NCBI RefSeq assembly: GCF_006345805.1
Contig: NC_042997.1
Coordinates: 14,384,001-14,448,000, forward strand
Source: Octopus sinensis
Lineage: Eukaryota
Direction of reading: 5' to 3'
DNA: 64,000 nt
Below the pieces are notes generated by a model. The model was not told the origin of the DNA. It saw nothing but the letters and a program-made list of their open reading frames with translations, and ran no database searches. The position numbers and the translations under genes are program-made. Numbering within the stretch: the first letter of the stretch is position 1; the number at the start of each line of letters is the position of its first letter. This document shows, piece by piece, positions 1-11,964 of this stretch.

Positions 1-321
1 TGCGGTCTCAATGTGAGTGGAACTGAGAGTGAAAGACCAGTCGATGAAGGACAGATCCTTTCTGATTGCTCCCTATATTGAGATGATCACATTTTTTTTT
101 GCCAAACAAATACACGCGCTATATATTCGTTCCTCACTTCAGATTTATTATTGTTCTTATTTGTTGTACTTTATCTGAAAATGCTTCGTCACACATCCTG
201 TGACCTCTTCAGTATCTCTCCATCCCACGTGTCTCCTACTGTTCTGTTTGGCTATTCCGAAATATAACAATATCTGTTTCAACACACGATTTTCCAAATA
301 AATACATAGACATATTTATAT

Positions 322-695
322 CTTTTACCTTTTACTTGTTTCAGTCATTTGAATCAGGCCATGCTGGGGCACTGCCTTGAAGGGGTTTTTTTTTCAGACG
401 AACAACTCGACCTCAGGACATTTTTTTAAAACCTAGTACTTTTGGTGAACCGTTATGTTACGGGGACGTTAACACACCAGCACCGGTTTTGAAGCGGTGG
501 CGGGGGACAAAATAGACGCGCGCACACACACACACACATACGATGGGCTACTTTTAGTTTCCGTCAACCAAATCCACTCACAAGGAATTGGTCAGCCCGA
601 GGTTATAGTAGAAGACACCAGCCCAAGGTGTACCGTAGTGGGACAGAATCCGGAACCACGTGATTGGGAAGCAAGCTTCTTACCAAACAGCCACG
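322..695 (-). mobile_element. SINE family A (tRNA-derived head, internal TA/TG microsatellite)
   Basis: Reverse complement of TGGCTGTGTGG...GGTTCAGTCCC...GGCGGTGCTCCAGCATGGCCGCAGTCAAATGACTGAAACAAG; diverged copy. Confidence 0.85.
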
Positions 696-705
696 TATCA
701 TTGGT

Positions 706-882
706 TTTGCCGCTACGTTCTGAGTTCAAATTCCGCCGAGGTCGACTTTGCCTTTCATCCTTTCGGGGTCTATAAATTAAGTACCAGTTACGCACTGGGG
801 TCGATGTAATCGACTTAATACCTATGTCTGTCCTTGTTTGTCCCCTCTGTGTTTAGCCCCTTGTGGGTAATAAAGAAATAGG
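706..882 (+). mobile_element. SINE family B, headless unit
   Basis: TACGTTCTGAGTTCAAATTCCGCCGAGGTCGACTTTGCC...AAAGAAATAG. Confidence 0.85.
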
Positions 883-1284
883 TATATATCATGGTGATAT
901 ATATCACCAAGACATCACCAGGGATGGCCAAATGCCATGGTAACCTGATATGTCTTAAAAACAGGAAGTACTCAACAGATAATACTAAGTATTCTAGATA
1001 AACACAAAAAAGAAAGAAAGAAAACACGGGATGGACACGATTGGAATGCTTTTGATCATAGGTCTCTTTGTTCAAAGTTTGCCTGGGGTTTAATAACGAC
1101 GACAACATCAGAGATTGTGAGAAAGTTATTTGTAATAGTAGAGAAAGTAAATGTTTGACATAACCGGATTACTTCGTAAAAGGATTGTCAGCAATATAAT
1201 TATACATATTTATGTCAGTCGTAATGAAATTAATAAAGGGAAACGTAATTAAGGATTCGATGAAATTCACAAACGGTCTGTTTA

Positions 1285-1399
1285 CATACATTCACATATA
1301 TACATACATACATACATACATCCATCCATCCATCCATACATGCATACATACATACATACATGTAGATAGACAGAGAGAGAGAGAGAAGGAGAGCGAGAG

Positions 1400-1438
<39 letters not shown>

Positions 1439-1653
1439 AGGAAGGAAGGAGGAAGGAAGAGAGGAAGGAAGGAAGGAAAGGAAGAAAGAAAGAAAGAAAG
1501 GAAGGAAGGAAGAAGGAAGGAAGGAAGAAGGAAGGAAGGAAGGAAAGATAGAAAGAAAGATGTACACATCTATCAATCTTTTCCTCTCTTTCTACCTATC
1601 ATCTATCTGCCTATTTGTATGTGTGTGTGTGTGGTGTGTGTGTGTATGTGTGT

Positions 1654-1685
<32 letters not shown>

Positions 1686-1845
1686 ATTTGTATTATGTAT
1701 GTATCTATGTTTATGTGTATGTATGCATGTACGAAAGTATGTATATATCCGTCTATGTATATATTTGTGTGTTTAGATAGACTGAGGGGGGGGAGGGAGA
1801 GAGAGAGAGATAGACAGACAGAGAGACAGACAGACAGACAGATAC
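1285..1845. repeat. Compound microsatellite block (TACA, GA, GAAA/GGAA, TG, GACA)
   Basis: Direct reading; explains track ORFs 1212-1859 and neighbours. Confidence 0.95.
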
Positions 1846-3402
1846 ATTTATCTTTCTAACCATCCCGCCATCGAAAATATTCTATTTTTGTTTATTTAGT
1901 TACCTTTAAATTTCATTTTATAATCCAACCAAGGTCAAGTTAGCTTCTCGACCTCTGACCACAGGTCAAAAATTAGTAGCATTCTAAAGTCAAATCAATC
2001 AACCTTAAATCAAAACAGCATTTTACTTTTGTTATTTATTTTATTTTATTTTATTTCATTTTTGTTTCTTTTTCGCGTGATTTCACCATCATCACAGTAA
2101 AAAGGAGTGGGCTTTACCCACATGGAATTGAAAGATGAATACGAATTTTTAACTTAATCTGGTGGCTTTGGCCAAACATTTTGTTATTGGCTTGACCAAT
2201 CAGATGCACGAATACAGTAGGAAGCGGCCAATTGTTATATATCTATTTCTTTATTACCCACAAGGGGCTAAACACAGAGGGGACAAACAAGGTCGACTTT
2301 GCCTTTCATCCTTTCGGGGTCGATAAATTAAGTACCAGTTACGCACTGGGATCGATGTAATCGACTTAATCCCTTTGTCTGTCCTTGTTTGTCCCCTCTA
2401 TGTTTAGCCCCTTGTGGGCAATAAAGAAATAAGAATCGTTAGCATGCCGGACAAAACGCTTTGCGACATTTCGTTCGTCTTTACGTTTTGTATTCAAATT
2501 ACGTTCTGAGTTCAAATTCCATGTTCTAGTTGAGCACTAGGGTCGATGTAATCAACTTATCTTCTCCGCCGAAATTGCTGGCCTTGTGCCAAAATTTGAA
2601 ACCAATATGAAATAAAGTTTTAAACACTTATAGTATGCCAATTAGTAACTCCAGAAAATGCAGCTACTAGATATAATGTGTTTATAAATAGAATGGCTAC
2701 TGTTTCTTCGGGACTGCTGTAATGACGAGACCCCAATAAGGGTCGAAAGTTGATTAAGGCTGTTCACCATTTGTTCAGTTTACGGAGAAAGAAGTAATTG
2801 ACATATTCGTATGTCTACTATGTTCGTATGTCTACTACTGTTCAACTAGACCGCAAATTTAAGATGACGCCATCAATTTTCTGTTAAACATATGAAAGAA
2901 TTTGAAAGAAAAAGGTGTTTGTTTTTTTAAAATATTTACATGAAAAGGATATTTTGTTTTACTTTACTAAAAAAAAAATCAAGTACTCTGTATTAATAGC
3001 AAAACAAACAAACAAACAAAACTCTTCAATTTGGCAACAAAGAAATACTATGAGCCAAACAAGTAACATCAACATACAATGTCAGAAATTGTGTGACATA
3101 GCATTTGTATTGGCCACTAAGTGCAGAACAAATGACAGAATACTGGATAGAATAAATGCAGATAACTTACACTAAGGGATGGTCAATTAAGCAGAGGTTA
3201 CTCGACCAGAAGAAAATTCTAACTGGGCCCCACCTGCAAGATCATGTGCTCTTTATCTTGATATGAGATCCCCATGTCGCGCACATATATTTGTGATGCA
3301 TGTACCTGGTGTACCCTTATAAGACGGGTAGTCATGATGGTTATACTGGGCTTCGTATATTTTACCCGTGTCACTTTGATGGTATGCACTGCTCTCTCAC
3401 TC

Positions 3403-3493
<91 letters not shown>

Positions 3494-3656
3494 GTATAGA
3501 ACGACTTTATCTGCCAAGAAAAGGGGGAGGCCGTGGACTTTTACAATTGGAATTAACAATGAAGATTGCCACAGTTGGCCTAGACACCTACCTGAAAAAC
3601 TCTGAAGACTGGATGTTAAAACTTGTCTCAAAACATGAAAACAGGAAAGCATTATA
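3494..3656 (+). mobile_element. R4/Dong-type non-LTR retrotransposon fragment (post-RT region), 5' piece
   Basis: Translates ERLYLPRKGGGRGLLQLELTMKIATVGLDTYLK; directly follows (AAT)n(ATT)n. Confidence 0.75.
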
Positions 3657-3826
3657 ACGGTGAATGGTACCACTTTTATAAGTGTGTTATATCTAGTTTA
3701 TAACGGGCTGAGATTATCTGGTTTATAATGTTTTTGACTTGGAAAGATAATAAATATTTTTTGTTTCTTGAGAAGGAATCTATGGTGATAAACCCATCAC
3801 TTATAACTTAATTATAAGTATTATAA

Positions 3827-3988
3827 GCGCAGGAGTGGCTGAGTGGTAAGTAGCTTGCTAACCAACCACATGGTTCCGGGTTCAGTTCCACTGCGTGGCA
3901 TCTTGGGCAAGTGTCTTCTGCTATAGCCCCGGGCCGACCAATGCCTTGTGAGTGGATTTGGTAGACGGAACCTGAAAGAAGCCTGTCG

Positions 3989-4019
<31 letters not shown>

Positions 4020-4236
4020 TTGTGTGTTTGTGTGTGTGTTTGTCCCCCTAGCATTGCTTGACAACCGATACTGGTGTGTTTACGTCCCCGTCACTTAGCG
4101 GTTCGGCAAAGAGACCGATAGAATAAGTACTAGGCTTATAAAGAATAAGTCCCGGGGTCGATTTGCTCGACTAAAGGCGGTGCTCCAGCATGGCCGCAGT
4201 CAAATGACTGAAACAAATAAAAGAGAGTAAAGAGAG
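3827..4236 (+). mobile_element. SINE family A, full length
   Basis: A box TGGCTGAGTGG, B box GGTTCAGTTCC, conserved body and tail. Confidence 0.9.
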
Positions 4237-4635
4237 TACATTTATAAATCAAAAGAAAACTGTCGTAGAGGATTACGACATAAAATTTATAATAACTAAT
4301 CTTCCATACTAAGCCACTAGAGTTTTACACAATTCAAAATAGTCTTGGAATTAGATATAGACATGGCATAAAAATAGCTAACATCTCAAAGGAGGAATGT
4401 CGTGGAAATAAGGGACAACCAACGAACACTGATTAATTTCCCAAAAATCAGGGTTTTTATAACTATTCATACCTGAATTCTAAGAACCGTATTTCGTGGA
4501 AGATTTCTCTTTGGCGAAAGTTTAGAATTCAAATAAGGGCAGTAATTGTAACCAATGGGAAACTAACAATTATACTTGTTCGGGCAAACATGCCCATTAC
4601 GTCATATAACCGCCGTTTTTTACTTGCGTCGCTGC

Positions 4636-5150
4636 AGCATCATACTCAGTAACAAAACAGGCAAAGGAATATATAAGTGAATTCCAAATACAACAAATTC
4701 CTGAATTAGACGTACTAGAAACAAGCACAGAAAAAGCTGAGCATATGAAAAACCGTGCTAAAACTGCTGCTTAGATATTCTTGCTGATAAGTGGCAAAGA
4801 AAAACTCTCAATGATAAATACTCAAAGAGAACTAATAATGCCGATGTTGACAAAGCCCTTACCCATCAATGGTTAATGGCTTCTGGCTTAAAATCAGAAA
4901 TAGAAGGGTTCAACATAGCAGACCAAGATCAATGCCTACCTACAAGAAACTACCAGGCCAACATATTAAAGAACGGCAGCTGCCCAACATGCCGTGTATG
5001 TCAACAACAAAATGAAACCATTGATCATATTGTCTACATGTGCAGTCTTCTTGCGTCTACAGAGTATCTCAACAGGTATGATAGAGCTGCACAATATATT
5101 CACTGGGTAATTTGCAAAACTCTGTACCAAAAACTGAGTAAGTATGATAT
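4636..5150 (+). mobile_element. R4/Dong-type non-LTR retrotransposon fragment with CCHC knuckle
   Basis: Continues the 3494 piece (KASYSVTKQAKEY), then EIEGFNIADQDQCLPTRNYQ...CRVCQQQNETIDHIVYMC; frameshifted. Confidence 0.8.
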
Positions 5151-5895
5151 ATAATCTGTGCTGCCTAAGAGCAAGCACTAAGAACAAACTACATAAAATA
5201 CAGAATAGACAACACATCAGAAAGTGATTAATTGCAGAATCTGTGGACAAAATGGTGAAACTGTATGGCATATTACCAGCCAGTGTACGCCACTAGCCCA
5301 GAAGGAATATAAGAGACACCACGACAATATAGCCAGGCTTGTCCATTGCACACTTTGCAACAAGTATGGACTTGACAGAGCAAAAAAAATTGGTACGACC
5401 ATAAACCCGAAGGCATCTTCGAAAATGATAATGCAAAGATCCTATGGGATTTTATGATTCAGTGCGACCATGAGATAGAGAATAGGAAGCCAGACATAGT
5501 CTTGAGAAAGAAAACAAACTATGTTGGATCATAGATATAACATACCCAGCTGACAATAACGTATGCGATAAGGAAGGAAGGAAAGTCCATAGATATGAAA
5601 GGTTAGCTTGGGAGGTTAAGCAGTTGTGGTAGATGAAAAAGGTGGTAGTAGTACCAATAATTGTCGGAGCCCTGAGAACAGTGAGCAAAAATCTTGAGAA
5701 GTACATGGAACAAATAGGGGCTGCAATAATAGTGGAGCACTTGCAGAAACAGCACTTCTTGGAACCGCTCGAATACCCCGGAAGGTGCTCGAAAAATAAG
5801 AGATGTTACCTTAGTTCACTGGTAGTGAACAGCTGACACCGTAGTACATCTCCAGCGTTAGAAGCTGTGGAAAGCAATAATAATAATGATGATGA

Positions 5896-5965
<70 letters not shown>
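5151..5965 (+). mobile_element. Second R4/Dong-type 3' fragment: CCHC knuckle, restriction-like endonuclease, (TAA)n tail
   Basis: CRICGQNGETVWHITSQC, ILWDFMIQCDHEIENRKPDIV, CWIIDI, VVPIIVGAL, ending in long (AAT)n at about 5877-5965. Confidence 0.8.
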
Positions 5966-5969
<4 letters not shown>

Positions 5970-6544
5970 CTTTCAACTATAGGTACAAGGCCTGACATTT
6001 AGTGGGAAGGAGTTAGTCGATTATATTGACCGCATTGCTGGACTAATATTTATTTTATTGACTCCGAAGGACGTAAAATAAAATCGACCTCGGAAGAATT
6101 TAAACGAACGACAACGATGATGGTGATGATGATGATGAAAATTAAAAATAGTAATAACCTGACCCTGAAAAAAGTTCAGTTTATAGAATTTGTAAAATGT
6201 ATTTGACCTTTAGATCCAATCGAGCTGTCAGAAAACATGAATTCTGACTTTTTAGGTTGAACCTTTAATTTCATATGCCAAATGGACCAGCGTTTCCTGA
6301 CATTTTCCGTATGTCGTAAGGAGAAGTGAGTTCTGGTGTATCCAAAAGAGTCGTTCGCATACCATGAAAAGTGGATTTCCCGCTTCGAGTACGGTCCTTA
6401 AATCCCTCTATCGAGAGTAGACATGACTCCTAAGGTTTGGGATATGGGCCCTTCGAATGACAGTAAATAACAATAGATATCGAGAAGGTATATAAATTTC
6501 CTTAGAAGAAAGCTATATGCTCAAATCTCAGACTGAAAAGGCCG

Positions 6545-6717
6545 ACAGAGCTTCGCACCGGTGACGTTACAACTCATTTTTACAGTTGAGTGAACTGGAG
6601 CAACGTGAAATAAAGTGTCTTGCTCAAGAACACAACACACAGCCCGGTCTGTGAATCGAACTCACTGCTCCATGATTGTGAGCCCAACGCTGTAACCATT
6701 GAGCCATGCGTCTACAC
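6545..6717 (-). mobile_element. SINE family D (tRNA head plus CORE-like domain), partial
   Basis: Minus strand TGTTCTTGAGCAAGACACTTTATTTCACGTTGCTCCAGTTCACTCAACTGTAAAAATGAG resembles the MIR CORE. Confidence 0.8.
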
Positions 6718-6890
6718 AAGTTAGACGATAACACAAAGAAAAAGGAGCCACACCAAGTTAATATAGTCCTTATTTGTCATTGTCAATTATATTATTAAGA
6801 TGCGGTAAAATTATGTAGGTAACTAAGTCGTAGATAGAGCTAGTTCCGCCTCAGCACTATTATAACCCCTGTAGCGAGCAAAAATAATGC

Positions 6891-7068
6891 ACATTATTTA
6901 CATTTGATGGTTATTTGTTCTCATCTTGTTCGTTGTTAACACAACGTTTCGGCTGATATACCCTCTAGCCTTCATCAGGTGTCTTGGGGAATTTTCGAAC
7001 CTGGATTAACAACAAACAAGATGAGGACAAATATCCGTCAAATGTAAATAATGTAAATAATGTAAATA
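6891..7068. repeat. Penelope-like terminal repeat remnant with ~48-bp inverted arms
   Basis: ACATTATTTACATTTGATGG...GTTGTTAA is inverted to TTAACAACAAACAAG...CAAATGTAAATAATGT; encloses the hammerhead. Confidence 0.7.
6938..6983 (-). ncRNA. Minimal type I hammerhead ribozyme motif in a Penelope-like terminal repeat
   Basis: Minus strand GACAC-CTGATGA-A-GGCT(...)AGCC-GAAA-CG-TT-GTGTT: intact core, stem II, palindromic ACGT stem III, 5-bp stem I with one G-U. Confidence 0.7.
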
Positions 7069-7789
7069 AGCGCAGGAGTGGCTGTGTGGTAAGTAGCTTG
7101 CTTACAAACCACATAGTTTGCAGTAGTACTATAGCCTAGTACTATAACCCGAGGCTATAGTAGAAGACATTTGCCCAAGGTGCCACGCAGTGGGACTGAA
7201 CTCGGAATCATGTGGTTTGTAAGCCACTCCTACGCCTATGTAATTTTCTGTTTCTAAAATCTTGAACTTATTTTTAGAAGTCTATTTTTGCTATATATTT
7301 TACACAATTTAAAAATTATTTCGCAATACTTAATTATGTTTTTCTCTTTCTTTCCAGTATGTTCTGGAAAAGTGTTTTAAGAACTTCTTTCAACTCTCTT
7401 TCAAAGTCTAATACCTCTATTGTTCTAACCTGCGGTCAATCCGATTAAGGATACCTATAACTAAAAGCATTTAAATGGAGACCATCCCGTCTTGTTTGCG
7501 GTATGTAGGACTTCATTATCTAATGTGTTATTTCTTTGTTTAAAACTACGATTTCGAGGAAGTTCGCCGTTACTTGTAGCACATTCATTTACCATGTAGT
7601 CGCTCCCTCGTTGGCTTTTAAATACCTCAGTTCTATATATAACTGTTTTGCATTTTTTCTTCTATTCTTTTAATGGTTTCAGTCGTTGGACCGCGGCTAT
7701 ACTGCAGCACTGCATTAACTTATTCTTTTATCGTTTTTGTAGTCACTTTATAGCAGCAAGTTAGTTGAGTTTGTTAAGGTGAAAAGCTT

Positions 7790-8950
7790 TCAGTAATTAA
7801 GACTTTTAATCGAAGATATTTTACTAGTGAACGTTTCTTGTAGCCCTATGAGACCGGATATGTTAGGAGACCAAAGCTGTAATCTAATCTGCTCAGAACT
7901 AGGGTTTTCCATAGAGTTAGTATAATTACTGGTTCTTTTGTCGCGAATGTTCATAGAATCCTTTCTATGTTTGCATTTGGAGGCCAGTTTGGTGAATTGG
8001 CTGGTGAAAGACGCGTCATTTGACATGATTGCTCTTAAGTCCCGTATGTCATTAGCGCTCTGAATCATTGTTATCCGATGTCAAATATTGTGAATAATAT
8101 GTATTTCCTCCATAATGAAGAACCTGAAATTTTGATGTACAGTAATCCCTCGCCATATCGCGGTTTAATAATTAAGCTTACGTCGATTCCTCCGTGGTGT
8201 TGCTTTGCATTTATAATAAAATAGATATATACAAATTATAAAACATAATAATAATAATAATAATAGATATACTGTACAATACTGTTTCTACTTCCTGGAT
8301 TTTCACCTATCGCGGGGAGTACTGGAACGTAACACCCGCGATAGTCGAGGAATTACTGAATTAAATTTCATATTGTTTTTATTTGCCCGTTGCTAAATAA
8401 AGATTAGCTCATATTAGAGGGTGACACTAACTTCTGGAGTTGGATAGCATTGATATTTTTATGTCATCGGCGTAATTTGTGAGGCTGACCGAGTGCACTT
8501 TTAATCATATACCTGATAGGGTGATGATAAATAATGATGGTCCTAGAACCGTTCCCTGAAATATTCCACTTATTAAAGGTGACTTAGCAGCAGCAGATTG
8601 ATTTCTACTGCGTAGGAAGTCAAAGCGCCATTCTCCGAGTTTTCCTGTGATACCAAGATCCTGAATCCTATGACAGATGATTTCATGATTAAATTTGTCA
8701 AACGCCACAGCGAAATCAAGGTATACACAGCCAATATCCTTTCTTTTCAAGAGATTATTGAGAATAATGTGATGGCAATGTAATGGCAACTTTGTCCAGT
8801 CTGAAAACCATGCTGTGTATCAGCAAAGAGGTTGTTTTCTTCAGGGCATGTAATTTTTCTTTTTCAGATAATGCATTCGATAAAGTTAGATGTGTGAGAT
8901 ATGAGAGAAACAAGTCTTTAGATTTTAGCTTCAGCGCTGCTACCTGCCTT
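7790..8950 (-). mobile_element. Decayed CR1-group (Jockey-like) LINE reverse transcriptase fragment
   Basis: YLDFAVAFDKFNH, GITGKLGEW, QGTVLGPSLF, IRDLRAIMSNDASF, QLWSP with frameshifts; interrupted by the MITE at 8140-8358. Confidence 0.8.
8140..8358. mobile_element. pogo/Tigger-like MITE
   Basis: TIRs CAGTAATCCCTCG / CGAGGAATTACTG, TA on the left flank, internal 10-bp hairpin CTATCGCGGG...CCCGCGATAG (8307-8344). Confidence 0.6.
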
Positions 8951-9125
8951 GTGTATAGGTGTTACTGTTGAATCTTTCAGCAGTTGTAGAAATACGCCTG
9001 TATCAAGTGACGTATGAAATAGTATCTTTGATGGTTTTACGAAGCTGTTTTTGCACGTTTTTAACAGTATGACTGGAAGACCATAACATAGCTAATCAAT
9101 TAAAATATCTATTTCTTCATCTACC

Positions 9126-10181
9126 GGATCTTTTCAAAAAGATGGACAGAATTTTCTACTTAACTAAATAATTTGAAACTTTGTATACTGGTAGAATGTG
9201 TCAAAAGAAAACATTAATTTCAATTAGTTTTTTTTGAGAAAAATGTATTTTGTAACTTTTACGTAGTTTAATTCTTCGAATTTTAACCAATCGTATTCTC
9301 TGTTTTGAGCTCAATTCATTTACTGCCGTGTTATTCATCCTTATCACTGTCTTCTGTTTTCTGTCTTCAAAGGCTTCTCGCATGTTTATTTCAATGTCAT
9401 CCTTGACTTACGGAACTATTACCTGTGTGTATGTTTTTGTTGTGTATGTGTGTGCGTGTGTGTGTTTGTTGTGTGTATGTGTCTTATTGTTGTGTATGTG
9501 TGTTATTGTTGTGTATGTGTGTGTTTGTTGTGTGTGTGTGTGTGTTATTGCTGTGTATGTGTGTGCGTGTGTGTGTTTGTTGTGTGTGTGTGTTATTGTT
9601 GTGTATGTGTCTGTTTTTTTGTTGTGTATATGTGCGTGTGTTGTGTATCTCTTAAATCGATGAATTTCGTCGCCCAATAAAAATATTAACGATATCAAAG
9701 TTCAAACACACACACACATACACAACAAAAAGATACACACACACACGCACACATACACAACAATAACACACACACACACACATACACAACAATAACACAC
9801 ACGCACGCACATACACAACAATAACACACACACACAACAAACACACACACGCACACACATACACAACAAAAACACACACACACAGGTAATCGTTCCGTAA
9901 GTCAGGGATGACATTGAAATAAACATGCGAGAAGCCTTTGAAGACAGAAAACAGAAGACAGTGATAAGGATGAATAACACGGCAGTAAATGAATTGAGCT
10001 CAAAACAGAGAATACGATTGGTTAAAATTCGAAGAATTAAACTACGTAAAAGTTACAAAATACATTTTTCTCAAAAAAACTAATTGAAATTTAAGTTTTC
10101 TTTTGACACATTCTACCAGTATACGAAGTTTCAAATTATTTAGTTAAGTAGAAAATTCTGTCCATCTTTTAGAAAAGGTCC
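9126..10181. mobile_element. Fold-back non-autonomous DNA transposon (GGATCTTTTC termini, 8-bp TSD)
   Basis: Arms of about 520 bp are inverted copies around a short spacer; TSD CATCTACC at 9118-9125 and 10182-10189. Confidence 0.85.
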
Positions 10182-11061
10182 CATCTACCTATTTCTATCT
10201 TCTTCTCTATTTATCTATATATTTATATGTCTATGTTTCAATCTGCCTGTCTAATGATCCATTTGTCAATTAAAAACTTCTGAAAAATGCTCCTTTGAAA
10301 TTTCAGTCAAATTTGTAAAATGTGTCCTTAATTATTTTATTCAAATCCAGCCAAGGCCGATTTTGCCTATCAACTGCCGATCTCTGGTCACAAAATAATT
10401 CCTGTGTTAAATCAAAACAATATGTTATCTTATTTAAATGATTTCATTATCACACTTACAAGGTATTTGTCCACTCCTGCAGTGTGGATAAATAAACAAA
10501 ATTTTGAACTTTGTGGGTGGCTTAGAGGGTGGCTTCGCTTAAAGATTTCAGCTTCACCAACCGGATGTAGGAATATTACAGGGAGTGATTATTTGTTTAT
10601 TAACATTTAGTTTGTTTATCAGAATAAGTAAACAAAATTCAATCCGCAAAAAAAAAAACTTTAAAGAATTCTAAGCGATTAATTAATTATGTAGTGAAGA
10701 CTTGAGATTTATGAATTAGTGCAAGTCGAAATATTGATGCCTTATCCCTTAAAAACATTAACTGGAACCATGTGATTGGGAAGCAAACTTCTTATCGCAC
10801 AGGTGTGGCTGCATGGTAAGCCGTTTGCTTCCCAGCCACATGATTCTGGGTTCAGTCCCACTGTGTAGCACTTTGAGCAAGTGTCTGCTACTAGAGCATC
10901 GAGCCGAACGAAGCTTTGTGGTTGGGTTTGATAGACGAAAACTGAAAAAGCCTGTCGTGTATACATACATACATACATACATACATATGTATGTATTATA
11001 TATGTGCATATATATGTATGAATATATATATGTATGTATGTATATATATATATATATATAA

Positions 11062-11105
<44 letters not shown>

Positions 11106-11964
11106 TGTGTGTGTGTGTGTGTCTGTGTATGTATGTATATATGTATGTATCGTTAGCCACTACACACTTTTTCTTCTCTCCTTGTTTCTCTCCTTGCTTT
11201 TTTCTGTGTCCCTTTCTGTAGAAGAGCGTAGGCTCGAAACGTAAAAGACTTTTTCTATTCCTGAGCGTTATACTAACACATCTGTTTGTTTTGTACACCA
11301 CCTGTCTTCGTCTTTGTTTTTTTGTAAACTCTCCCTATATATATATATAATGGGTACGTCACGTCACCAACATTGCAAATAACATAAAATTCGTAAACAG
11401 ACGAGGGAAAAACAACGAGTAAAAATGGAAAACAGGACAAGTAAACGCAGAGAAAGGACCCTTCATCAGTTGTCGGCTGTCTAGCTACTCCTCATTTCGA
11501 GCATTCAACGACAATATGACTTTTCAAAGGCAGTTGCTCCCATAAATTCTAAAATAAAATTTTGGATTTATGGAGGGTCAAAGTTGGGAAAAAAATGACA
11601 GTGGAAACATACAAGGAAACCAAACAAAAACAAACATGGAGGGTCGTTAGACCAGAATGAGAGGAAATAGTGAACGCTAGGAGAAACACTTTTTTGAAAA
11701 GAAAAAAGACAGAAGAGAGAGAGAAAACATCCGTTCCTTTAAACGTCCGTGCAGGAAAAGAAAGATAGTCACGTGAGGAAAAGAAAGATGGACGATGGTC
11801 AAATGTGATCAACGAGAGAGAAAAAGAGAAAGAGGGGAGTGAGGGAGAATGACAGATAGAAAACGGTGAAGGAGTGAGGGGACAAAAAGGGAATTAGAGA
11901 CGGATGGAAGAAAATAAAAGAGAGTCGCATCAAAAAGGTGAAGATAAACTTACTTGGAAATGGA

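Noticed and set aside
181-212. Hammerhead-like CTGAAGA-G-GTCACA/TGTGAC-GAAG on the minus strand
   Set aside because: GAAA is mutated to GAAG and stems I and III do not close; at most a dead remnant.
1212-1859. 215-aa ORF and the many similar CV/YI/HT-rich ORFs in the track
   Set aside because: They are translations of microsatellites with no protein-like complexity.
2722-2748. Hammerhead-like ATGACGA-GACCC/GGGTC-GAAA
   Set aside because: C3 is mutated and there is no stem I or III partner.
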